64,000 nucleotides of DNA from assembly GCA_963697585.1 (NCBI GenBank), contig CAVOOO010000004.1:861990-925989 (forward strand). Direction: 5' to 3'. Below the pieces are notes generated by a model. That model made no database searches. It was not told the DNA's origin and saw nothing but the letters and a program-made list of their open reading frames with translations. This DNA comes from an uncultured Chloroflexia bacterium. Its GTDB lineage: Bacteria > Chloroflexota > Dormibacteria > Aeolococcales > Aeolococcaceae. Below, in pieces: positions 9,312 through 16,943 of this stretch (position 1 is the stretch's first letter; every line of letters starts with the position of its first letter). A program made the position numbers and the translations under genes.

Positions 9312-10187
9312 TCAGCCCTTGCCGGTGGGTTCGCGGCGCTGGGTGCGCGCGGCGTTCCGGGCGGGTAGCGAGCGCCGGATCCGGAGTCGGAAGAGGAAGA
9401 GCTCCTTGATCGCCCGGGCGATGGCGCGCGGACGCGCCCCGGAGCGGCGTCCGGCCACCCGGGGGTGATGGGGGACGGCGACCTGGGCGATCCGCCAGCC
9501 GGCGTGGCGGGCCTTGTAGTACAGCTCGGCGTTGATCAGGGCACTGCGCGCCTCCAGGGTCAGCGACTCCAGGACCTCGCGGCGCATCAGCTTGAGGGCG
9601 CAGTCGACGTCCCGGTAGGGGAGGCGGTAGAGGACCGCCACCAGGGTGTTGAAGACCCAGCTGACGACCTCGCGCGCCCGCGCGTCCTGGCGCTCCTGAC
9701 GCCACCCGGCGGCGAGGTCGGCGCGGTCGAGGAGCGGGGCGAGGAGGGCCAGGTCGGCGATCTCGAACTGCCCGTCCGCGTCGGTGAAGGCCACGAAGTC
9801 GCCTCGTGCCGCCCGGAGGCCGTCTCCCACGGTGATCCCGTAGCCGCTCTTCTGCTCATGGCGGATCACGCGCAGGTCCATCCCCAGCTCGCCGGCGAGG
9901 GAGGTGGCGAGCGCACCGCTCCCATCGGTGCTGCCGTCGTCGACGATCACCAGGTCGAAGTGCTCGGCCAGCCGGGGCAGCACCTCGGCGGCGTGGGGGA
10001 GCAGCCAGCTCAGGTTCTCGGCCTCGTTGTGGACCGGGAGCACCAGGGTGAGGCCGCTGAGCAGCGCGCCTCCAGGCCGGCCCGCGGGGCCCGCCGGCAC
10101 GGGGCCGGGCCCCGCCGCGGACCTGGTCGAGATGGCGGACGCCGGTTCCGACCCCTCCGGGGTCCCGCTCGCCTCCCGGCTAGGCAC
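9312..10187 (-). CDS. family-2 glycosyltransferase (Dpm1/GtrB-like polyprenyl-phosphate sugar transferase type)
   Basis: LTLVLPVHNEAENL, DLVIVDDGSTDGS and FTDADGQF (DxD) motifs. Overlaps the upstream gene by 8 nt, so it is operonic. Confidence 0.8.
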   Translation of the reverse strand: MPSREASGTPEGSEPASAISTRSAAGPGPVPAGPAGRPGGALLSGLTLVLPVHNEAENLSWLLPHAAEVLPRLAEHFDLVIVDDGSTDGSGALATSLAGELGMDLRVIRHEQKSGYGITVGDGLRAARGDFVAFTDADGQFEIADLALLAPLLDRADLAAGWRQERQDARAREVVSWVFNTLVAVLYRLPYRDVDCALKLMRREVLESLTLEARSALINAELYYKARHAGWRIAQVAVPHHPRVAGRRSGARPRAIARAIKELFLFRLRIRRSLPARNAARTQRREPTGKG

Positions 10188-11394
10188 CGACGCCGGTGGG
10201 GGCCGCCGCCGCGGTCGCGCGCGCTCCCGCGTAGACCGCCCCGCCCTTCCGCCAGTCGACGGTCGCCTCGATGGTCTCCCGCCTCACCCGGGAGATGTTG
10301 CCCTCGACGGTCTGGATGACGCTGTCGAGCAGCGTGTCGCTCAGCGCGTGGGGCTCCAGCCCGAGATCGAGGAGGCGCTGATGCTTGGCGTTGTAGTAGT
10401 GGTCCTCCTTCTCCCGGCGGGGGTTGGGGACGTGCTTGATGGTGGTCGGCAGACCGTGCGCCGCGCGCGCGTGCTCGACCTTCTCCGCCAGCTCGAGAAC
10501 CGAGAACTGCTCGGTGAACTGGTTGTAGACCCGGTACTCCCCCGCGGCGGGCGCGTTCAGAGCCGCCAGCTCGATGCAGCGCACGGTGTCGCGGATGTCC
10601 AGGAAGCCGCGGGTCTGGCCGCCCTTCCCGTAGACGGTGAGGGGCTCGCCGACCGCCGCCTCGACGCAGTAGCGGTTGAGCACCGTGCCCCAGATCCCGT
10701 CGTAGTCGAATCGGGTGATCAGCTGGGGGTGCAGCGCCGTCTCCTCGGTGGTGGTCCCGTAGACCACGCCCTGGTTGAGGTCGGTCGCCCGCAGGTCCCA
10801 GATCCGGCACGCGAAGTCGAGATTGTGACTGTCGTGGACCTTGGAGAGGTGGTAGATCGAGCCCGGCTGCTTCGGGTAGAGCATCCGGTCATGGCGACCG
10901 AGGTGGTCGATCTCGATGAACCCCTCCTCGATGTCGATGTTGGGGGTCCCGTACTCACCCATGGTTCCGAGCTTGATGAGGTGGCAGTTGGGTGCCAGGT
11001 CGCGCACCGCGTAGAGGACGTTGAGGGTGCCCACCACGTTGTTGACCTGGGTCTCCACCCCGTGGCGGGGACTGATCATCGAGTACGGCGCCGAGCGCTG
11101 CTCGGCGAAGTGCACGATCGCGTCCGGCACGGTGGTGCGGATCAGCCGCTCCACCGCGGCCGCGTCGCAGAGGTCGATCTGGTGCCAGTCGACCTTCCGC
11201 CCGCTCTCGGCCTGCCATCGGGCCAGGCGGTCGGCCATCGAGGCGATCGGCGTGAGGCTGTCGGTTCCGCATTCCTCATCCCAGCGCCGCCGCACCAGGC
11301 TGTCGACCCCGATGACGTCGTGGCCGCGGGCGGAGAGGTGAAGGGCGGTCGGCCACCCCAGGTAGCCGTCGGCCCCGAGGACCGCGATGCGCAT
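10180..11394 (-). CDS. sqdB: UDP-sulfoquinovose synthase (SQD1/SqdB/Agl3 family, NAD-dependent)
   Basis: Start at the ATG at 11394 (MRIAVLGADGYLGW, Rossmann fold). Long stretches match the SQD1 signature as I recall it: IKLGTMGEYGTPNIDIEEGFIEI...YPKQPGSIYHLSKVHDSHNLDFACRIWDLRATDLNQGVVYG, including the catalytic YHLSK. Confidence 0.75.
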   Translation of the reverse strand: MRIAVLGADGYLGWPTALHLSARGHDVIGVDSLVRRRWDEECGTDSLTPIASMADRLARWQAESGRKVDWHQIDLCDAAAVERLIRTTVPDAIVHFAEQRSAPYSMISPRHGVETQVNNVVGTLNVLYAVRDLAPNCHLIKLGTMGEYGTPNIDIEEGFIEIDHLGRHDRMLYPKQPGSIYHLSKVHDSHNLDFACRIWDLRATDLNQGVVYGTTTEETALHPQLITRFDYDGIWGTVLNRYCVEAAVGEPLTVYGKGGQTRGFLDIRDTVRCIELAALNAPAAGEYRVYNQFTEQFSVLELAEKVEHARAAHGLPTTIKHVPNPRREKEDHYYNAKHQRLLDLGLEPHALSDTLLDSVIQTVEGNISRVRRETIEATVDWRKGGAVYAGARATAAAAPTGVGA

Positions 11395-11451
11395 TGCTGT
11401 CTCCCCATGGTGGCCGGGCGAGCCAACCTCGACCGGCATGGTCCGTGCGAG

Positions 11452-12426
11452 CTAGGTTGCGAAGTGGCGATGGGTCCGGGCGAGACCCTCGGACAGAGGA
11501 GTTTGAGGCTTCCACCCCAACAATCGCTCAGCGCGGCCGGCGTCGAGGCAGGCGCGGGCCACCTCGCCGGGCTTGGCCGGCAGGTAGTCGGGGGCGAGCT
11601 CCGCCCCGGCGGCTCGGATCAGCCCCTCCACCACCCCGCGGACGCTGGTCTCGCGACCGGTGCCGACGTTCACCGGGCCATCCGCGGAGCTGAGCAGCGC
11701 CGCCCGGGTGGCGGCGGCCACGTCGGCCACGTAGACGAAGTCGCGGGTCTGGGAGCCGTCGCCGTAGATCACCGGGCGCAGACCCTGGACCAGCCGGGTG
11801 GAGGAGATCGCGACCACTCCCGCCTCCCCGGTCCCATCCTGACGCGGTCCGTAGACGTTGCCGAAGCGCAGGGCGACCGTTCGCACCCCCCGCGGGCGGT
11901 AGGTCCAGAGATAGGTCTCTTCGGAGAGCTTCTCGGCGCCGTAGGCGGACCGCGGAGCCGGGATCATCTCCTCGGACGCCGGCAGGCGGACGGCGTCGCC
12001 GTAGACCGCGCCACCGGACGAGGCGATCACGATGGCCTGGCAGCCCGCCCCGGCGGCCGCGTCGAAGCACGCAACCGAGCTGGCCAGGACCCGCCGGATG
12101 TGATCCCCGGGATCGCGCAGGGCCCGGTTCACGCCACCCTTGGCGGCCAGGTGGACCAGCGCCTGGGGACGGAAGCGGGCCAGCGCAGCGGCGGCCACGG
12201 GCCCCCCGGCGTCGGCCTCGACCAGCTCGACGGTCGGCGGGAGCGGGACACCACAGGGATGGGAGAGATCGTCGATGACGAGCACCGAGAGCTGGTCGGC
12301 GGCGAGCAGCTCCACCAGGTGGCTGCCGATGAAGCCCGCGCCTCCGACCACGACCACCCGGCTGATGGCCGAGGCGGCGCCGGCTCCCGCCGCGGCGGCC
12401 GGGCCGGCGGTCTCCCCCGGGCTCAC
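11452..12426 (-). CDS. NAD-dependent epimerase/dehydratase (UDP-hexose 4-epimerase-like)
   Basis: VVVVGGAGFIGSHLVE Rossmann motif, catalytic YGAEKL (YxxxK). 4-nt overlap with the upstream gene. Confidence 0.8.
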   Translation of the reverse strand: MSPGETAGPAAAAGAGAASAISRVVVVGGAGFIGSHLVELLAADQLSVLVIDDLSHPCGVPLPPTVELVEADAGGPVAAAALARFRPQALVHLAAKGGVNRALRDPGDHIRRVLASSVACFDAAAGAGCQAIVIASSGGAVYGDAVRLPASEEMIPAPRSAYGAEKLSEETYLWTYRPRGVRTVALRFGNVYGPRQDGTGEAGVVAISSTRLVQGLRPVIYGDGSQTRDFVYVADVAAATRAALLSSADGPVNVGTGRETSVRGVVEGLIRAAGAELAPDYLPAKPGEVARACLDAGRAERLLGWKPQTPLSEGLARTHRHFAT

Positions 12427-13538
12427 GCGCTCACCGAGGCAGGGGCGGCCTCGTCCTCGGGGATGCGGGGGCGGCCCAGCAGCATGATCCCGATGGCGCC
12501 GGCGATGCCGAGCGGGAGGGTCATGGCCACCCGCACCAGGACGGTCACCGCCACCGCGTCCACCTTGGTCAGCCCCCCCGCGACGAGGAGCGCCGCCGTG
12601 GTGACGTCCGCGGCGCCGATGCCGAAGGGGAGGGTCGACACGCTGCCGATCACCTGGGAGACGCAGTAGGCGGCGATCGCCACGCCGAGCGTGACGCCGG
12701 CCCCGAGCCCCCAGACGAGGAGCAGGATCTGGAACCCGCTGATGGCAAAGATGACGAGGCTGTAGAAGGCGAAGACGGCGCCCAGCCGCGGCGACAGCCC
12801 GAGCTCCTCGAGTTGCACCAGCGACCGGAGGATCCCGCCGACCAGCCCGCCCCGCTCCGGGGGCACGCCGGTCGTGAAGTAGTGCCGGGTGATGACGCTA
12901 GCCCACCAGGGGGAGGCGAGCAGGACCAGGCCGATCACCGCCAGACCCGCCGTCTCCAGCGCGGGCAGGTAGATGGCGGCGGCGAGCACCCCGCCGACGA
13001 TGCCGAGCTGGACGATCGTCACCAGGCGCTCGTAGACGACGGTGGCGACCCCCGCGCTGACCGGCACCCGGTCGTGGTTGCGCCAGAGGTACGGGCGCGA
13101 GAGGTCGCCGCTCGCCGCCGGGGTCAGCCAGCTGAGCGTCTGTCCGGCGAGGTCCACCCAGTTCATCCGGCCGAAGGGGACATGGTGCCCGAGCCGCCGG
13201 AGCAGGATCTGCGACCGCCGCGCGCGGAGCAGGGTGGTGGCGAGGTTGAGGGCGATCGCCACTCCGACCAGCCGCCAGGAGACGTGACCGGCCTTGCTGA
13301 CCACCTGAGCCGGGTTGACCTTGCGGACCAGCCCGTAGATCACCGCGGCGCTGATCAGGAGGACCACCAGTTGGAGCCCGGCCAGCAGCAGACGCCGCCG
13401 CATCCCGGCGTGACGCGGTCTGGCCGTCGACGCCGCCCCGGTGGGCTCGGCGGGGGCGGAGCGGCGGATCATCAGGTCATCGGGGGGCGCACCTTCACGC
13501 CCGCGCCAGACCGCGTCGGCCGCGGACTTCGCGGTCAA
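12423..13538 (-). CDS. flippase-like integral membrane protein (lysyl-phosphatidylglycerol-synthase TM-region / UPF0104 family)
   Basis: About 8 predicted TM helices; this family commonly partners GT2 enzymes. The alternative start ATG at 13403 (MRRRLLLAGL) removes an Arg/Pro-rich N-terminus. Confidence 0.65.
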   Translation of the reverse strand: MTAKSAADAVWRGREGAPPDDLMIRRSAPAEPTGAASTARPRHAGMRRRLLLAGLQLVVLLISAAVIYGLVRKVNPAQVVSKAGHVSWRLVGVAIALNLATTLLRARRSQILLRRLGHHVPFGRMNWVDLAGQTLSWLTPAASGDLSRPYLWRNHDRVPVSAGVATVVYERLVTIVQLGIVGGVLAAAIYLPALETAGLAVIGLVLLASPWWASVITRHYFTTGVPPERGGLVGGILRSLVQLEELGLSPRLGAVFAFYSLVIFAISGFQILLLVWGLGAGVTLGVAIAAYCVSQVIGSVSTLPFGIGAADVTTAALLVAGGLTKVDAVAVTVLVRVAMTLPLGIAGAIGIMLLGRPRIPEDEAAPASVSA

Positions 13539-13708
13539 GAAATCTCCCCATTCGTCCGTATCGAGATCGGCAAGATGCTGCTCATCCGAACCTTACAAGA
13601 GCGTTACCGGTCCCGGCCCCGAACGGACGTGCGTGCGGCCCCACGGCGGTCCCACCCCGGCACCCTCCGGCTCATCGGTCCGAAAGGTTTCCCGCCTAGG
13701 CTGGGGCC

Positions 13709-13924
13709 ATGGCGGTGGTCCCGATCATCCTCGTGCTGGTCACCGGTGCGGTGGTCGCGGCCGCTCAGCTGATGATCCAGACCGATCTTCTCCTGCCCAG
13801 GCTGGTGATGCTGGTCCCGCTCGCGGGCGCCATCCTGATCACCCGCCTCCGATCGGCGTCCAGCCGGCTCACCCCGGTGCGCGCCGGCCCCGGTGTCCCC
13901 CGACACCTGCGCCGGGGTGTATGA
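13709..13924 (+). CDS. hypothetical small hydrophobic protein
   Basis: 71-aa ORF with two hydrophobic segments (VVPIILVLVTGAVVAAAQLMI..LVMLVPLAGAILI). No homology evidence. Confidence 0.3.
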   Translation: MAVVPIILVLVTGAVVAAAQLMIQTDLLLPRLVMLVPLAGAILITRLRSASSRLTPVRAGPGVPRHLRRGV

Positions 13925-13951
13925 AGGCGAGTCGATGAAGGCCAATCCCTG

Positions 13952-14113
13952 ATGGGTTTCCTGCACCGCGCCACCAAGCCGCGCAAGCCGCGTCCCGGCG
14001 CCGAGCTGCGGCCGGTCTGCCCGATCTGCGAGCGGCCGATGGAGCGCCGTGGCTCCACGGTCTGGATGTGCCCCGACTTCCCCCGCTGCCCCGGAGCCAT
14101 CGCCGCCGACTGA
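13952..14113 (+). CDS. hypothetical 53-aa zinc-ribbon protein (below the ORF-track size cutoff)
   Basis: ATG 13952..TGA 14113 encodes MGFLHRATKPRKPRPGAELRPVCPICERPMERRGSTVWMCPDFPRCPGAIAAD, with a CPIC...MCP..CP four-Cys arrangement. Confidence 0.35.
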   Translation: MGFLHRATKPRKPRPGAELRPVCPICERPMERRGSTVWMCPDFPRCPGAIAAD

Positions 14114-14157
14114 GCGCCGCCGGCCGTCCACGGTTCCCGGAGCCGGCGGGCCGGTGA

Positions 14158-14610
14158 CTACCCCCGCGCCCCCCGGTGGGTCGCGGCGGCTCGGGCCGGC
14201 TCGGCGTCGCCCATCCGCTCCATGGTGCGGCGGGCCACGGCGGTGCCCCCGGCGGCGGCCGCGGTGGTGGCCGCGCGCAGCGCCACCCGCTGCCAGAGCG
14301 GCCCGTTCTCCTTGCGGCGCCGGCCCAGCTCCTTGCGGATCTCCTCGAGCTGGGCGGCGACGTCGTCGAGCGAGGTCACCGCCGGCGGGGGGGCCTCCTT
14401 CCGGCGCCCCCGCGAACGCAGGATCAGAACCGAGACCGTGACGGCGATCGCCACCGTCCCGATGACCGCGTAGCGGGCCCCGTCCCGGCGCAACCGGGCC
14501 CGCCAGTCGAGCTCCTCTCGGACCCGGGACTCGAGAGCGGCGACGTGAGCGGCAAGCGCCTGCTTGCTCAGCTCCCGTTCGCGTTCGGCTTCAGCAACTC
14601 CCTGACCCAC
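14158..14610 (-). CDS. hypothetical membrane-anchored coiled-coil protein (possibly DUF3618-like partner of the holin-family gene)
   Basis: Only the 3' part of the 293-aa frame has protein-like composition (VGQGVAEAERERELSKQALAAHVAALESRVREELDW...YAVIGTVAIAVTVSVLIL...). A GTG at 14608-14610 is preceded by a perfect AAGGAGG SD with a 7-nt spacer. It overlaps the 3' end of the upstream holin-like gene by 43 nt out of frame. Confidence 0.45.
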   Translation of the reverse strand: MGQGVAEAERERELSKQALAAHVAALESRVREELDWRARLRRDGARYAVIGTVAIAVTVSVLILRSRGRRKEAPPPAVTSLDDVAAQLEEIRKELGRRRKENGPLWQRVALRAATTAAAAGGTAVARRTMERMGDAEPARAAATHRGARG

Positions 14611-15023
14611 TCCAGGTCCTCCTTCACGGTGGCTCCGACCCTGCGCCCCTCGGCGATCGTCCTCTTCACCATCCGGTACCCGAGGCCACCGAGGACGCCG
14701 ACGACCACGAGGACCACGCCCGCCATGATCAGCCAGCCCAGCCAGGGGTGGTGGAGGGCCCCGCCGATGGCCTCGGCGGCGGCTCCGAGGAGGAGGATGA
14801 CGCTCAGGAGGAGGCCGACGGCGGCGGCGGCGAGCAGCCCGGCGGCGATCGCGGCGCGCTTGGCCGCCGCGGTGCCCTCGGCTCTGGCCAGCCCCATCTC
14901 GGCGCGGACGAAGCGCTGCCCGTCGGCCAGGATCTCGCGCAGCGCAGCGATCACAGCGGCGTACGCGGAGGGGGCGTGAGGAGCTTCCGTACCGGCCATC
15001 AGCAGAGCTTCGCAGACCCGCAC
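14568..15023 (-). CDS. phage-holin-superfamily (actinobacterial Holin-X-like) membrane protein
   Basis: 151-aa ORF with a clean three-TM-helix profile (AIAAGLLAAAAVGLLLSVILLLGAAA...WLIMAGVVLVVVGVLGGL). The overlapping 293-aa frame is Arg-rich junk in this region. Confidence 0.55.
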   Translation of the reverse strand: MRVCEALLMAGTEAPHAPSAYAAVIAALREILADGQRFVRAEMGLARAEGTAAAKRAAIAAGLLAAAAVGLLLSVILLLGAAAEAIGGALHHPWLGWLIMAGVVLVVVGVLGGLGYRMVKRTIAEGRRVGATVKEDLEWVRELLKPNANGS

Positions 15024-15048
15024 CCGCAGCTGTCGTCAACCCGGCCGG

Positions 15049-15408
15049 TCATATCTTCAGGGCCGCGACGTCGATGTCCCTGAGCCCCTCGGGCGCCGCG
15101 ATCCCGTGCTCGTGCAGGGCCTTGAGCAGCACCAGGACGTAGCGGACCCCGGTGAGGTTCACCCCGTGCTGGCGGGTCAGGGTCTGGATGGTCTGGAGCT
15201 TGTAGATGTCGCGCTGCGAGAAGCGGCGGCGATTCGTCGAGGTGCGCTGCGGGACCACCAGCCCCATGTTCTCGTACATCATGAGTGTCCGCGGATGGGT
15301 CTCCAGGATCTCGGCCGCGACGCTGATGGTGTAGATGGGCTTGTCCAGGCCGGGTGACCCGGGCAGTGCTCCGCCGCTGGGACCGCCCCCGGCTACTCCT
15401 TCAGCCAC
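15049..15408 (-). CDS. MerR-family transcriptional regulator, HspR-like
   Basis: GTG start. HTH region PIYTISVAAEILETHPRTLMMYENMGLVVPQRTSTNRRRFSQRDIYKLQTIQTLTRQHGVNLTGVRYVL matches the HspR/MerR N-terminal domain pattern. Confidence 0.75.
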   Translation of the reverse strand: MAEGVAGGGPSGGALPGSPGLDKPIYTISVAAEILETHPRTLMMYENMGLVVPQRTSTNRRRFSQRDIYKLQTIQTLTRQHGVNLTGVRYVLVLLKALHEHGIAAPEGLRDIDVAALKI

Positions 15409-15779
15409 TCGTTGATCCCCTCCGAGATCGCCAGGGGCGACGTCTGCGCCTTCACCAGGAACTCGAGCGCACCCAGCTTGAGGCCCCGATCCACCAGGTC
15501 CCGCTCCCCGAAGTTGCTGAGGATGATCACCGGGGTCTCAGCCGTGGGGCCGTGCCGTCGCAGCTCCTGGAGCACCTCGAAACCGTCCTTCTTGGGGAGG
15601 CGGACATCGAGGAAGACGATGTCCGGCAGCAGCTCCTTCGCCCGCTCGAGGCCCTCGACACCATCGAATGCCACGTGGACGCGGTAGCCATCCAGCTCCA
15701 GCTTGGTCCGGTACATCTCCAGGGTGTCCCGGTCGTCCTCGATCAGGAGGACGTCGATCAGCGCGTCCTCGTCCGCCAT
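15393..15779 (-). CDS. single-domain response regulator (CheY-like receiver)
   Basis: Start at the ATG at 15779 (MADEDALIDVLLIEDD). Receiver-domain motifs are present: the acidic pocket (IEDD), the putative phosphoacceptor in VFLDVRLP, ILSNFG and the conserved Lys in EFLVKAQ. There is no output domain. Confidence 0.8.
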   Translation of the reverse strand: MADEDALIDVLLIEDDRDTLEMYRTKLELDGYRVHVAFDGVEGLERAKELLPDIVFLDVRLPKKDGFEVLQELRRHGPTAETPVIILSNFGERDLVDRGLKLGALEFLVKAQTSPLAISEGINEWLKE

Positions 15780-15845
15780 CGGCTCCGCCTGTCCTCCCTT
15801 GCGTGACCGCCCGGCACTCGGGAAGCCTCTCGGGAGTATAGCGGG

Positions 15846-15885
15846 GGGACACCCCGGGTTCCGAAGGGACACCCCGGGTTCCGAA
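15846..15885. repeat. perfect 20-bp tandem direct repeat (gggacaccccgggttccgaa x2) in the intergenic region upstream of the receiver gene
   Basis: Read directly: 15846-15865 equals 15866-15885. Each unit contains a CCCGGG palindromic core. It lies 67-106 bp upstream of the receiver-gene start. Confidence 0.9.
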
Positions 15886-15997
15886 TGGCCGCGCGCTGCG
15901 CCGGTCCCCAGTCGGACAGCTCTCGGGATTGCAGGGAGCCGGTCTCGGCCGGTCCCTGGCCTGCGTTCCGGATCCGGCCCGTCCTGCCCGGACGGGA

Positions 15998-16346
15998 TCA
16001 GATCCGCACGTGCGCGATGTCGACGTCGGCCAGGAACTCCGGCCGCGGGACCCGATGGGTGTCCAGGGCCTGGAGCAGCCTGATCACATACCGTGCCGCG
16101 TTGAGGTTGAGCCCGTGCGTCTTGGTCAGCCGCTGGATGGCCTGGAGGGTGAGCAGGTCGCGCTGGCTGTAGCGGCGCCGGTTGGTGGGGGTGCGGTGCG
16201 GGACCACCATCCCCAGGTGCTCGTACATGATCAGGGTCCGGGGGTGGACGGCGAGGATCTCCGCGGCAACGCTGATCGTGTAGATCGGCTTGTCGAGGCC
16301 AAGTCTGGCGGGATCGGAGCTTGCGGCCTGTGTCGCTGCGGCCACG
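15998..16346 (-). CDS. MerR-family transcriptional regulator, HspR-like (paralog of 15049..15408)
   Basis: ORF track 15998..16558. The preferred start is the GTG at 16346 (GGAGG SD + 8 nt), giving a 116-aa protein collinear with the paralog (LDKPIYTISVAAEILAVHPRTLIMYEHLGMVVPHRTPTNRRRYSQRDLLTLQAIQRLTKTHGLNLNAARYVIRLL). Confidence 0.65.
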
Positions 16347-16943
16347 GTGGTCACCTCCGCGCCAGGGGCGCCTGGCGGTCGCGGCCCGAGGGCCCGGCGC
16401 CCCGCGCCTCTCGAATGGTAGCCGCTGGCCCCCTGCAGCGAGGTCACCCGTGGCCGGGACCGACCCCGAGCGGCCGCCCGGCCGGGCTCCCCGTCACCGG
16501 GCACCGGCCCGGTGGGAGCCCCCGCCGGCATGCCACCATTAGCGCCCGTGTTCTCCACCCCTCCGCCGGCCGGGCCGCGGTCACGCCTCCGGCTCCACCC
16601 CGGCGTAACCCTCGAGCCCGCCCTCCCGTTGACCCTCGGTGATGGCTGACACCCCCCGACCCTCCGCGCCCAGCGGGCTCGACGACCTCGCGGTCCGGGA
16701 GCGCTGGCTCAGGCAGAGGCGGTCCCGCGACTTCGCGGCCCGGCGCTCCGGGCTGATCGCCCTCTGGGTGGTGATCGCCGCCGTGGTCTGCTGGCTCTTC
16801 ATCGCCGGATTCGCGGGCCTCGGCCACTAGGCTGGACGATTCGGGCGGGCTGCCCGCATCCGAGGTGACACGCCCAAGGCTGGGACGAGATCTCCGACCT
16901 GGCGGGATGGTGCCTGTTCCGGTTCGACCCGCTCGGCAGCCTC

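Noticed and set aside
9904-12669. 921-aa plus-strand ORF
   Set aside because: Antisense to the SQD1, epimerase and flippase genes, which have strong family signatures. No motifs and extreme Arg/Gly content.
16347-16640. Searched upstream of both HspR-like genes for a canonical HAIR operator (CTTGAGT-N7-ACTCAAG)
   Set aside because: No convincing match found by eye. A CTTGAGT half-site at about 48457 upstream of rhodanese-2 lacks the partner half.
16639-16830. 63-aa ORF with one hydrophobic segment
   Set aside because: No start context, no homology signal, and it lies in a probable promoter region of the divergent MerR gene. Insufficient evidence to call.
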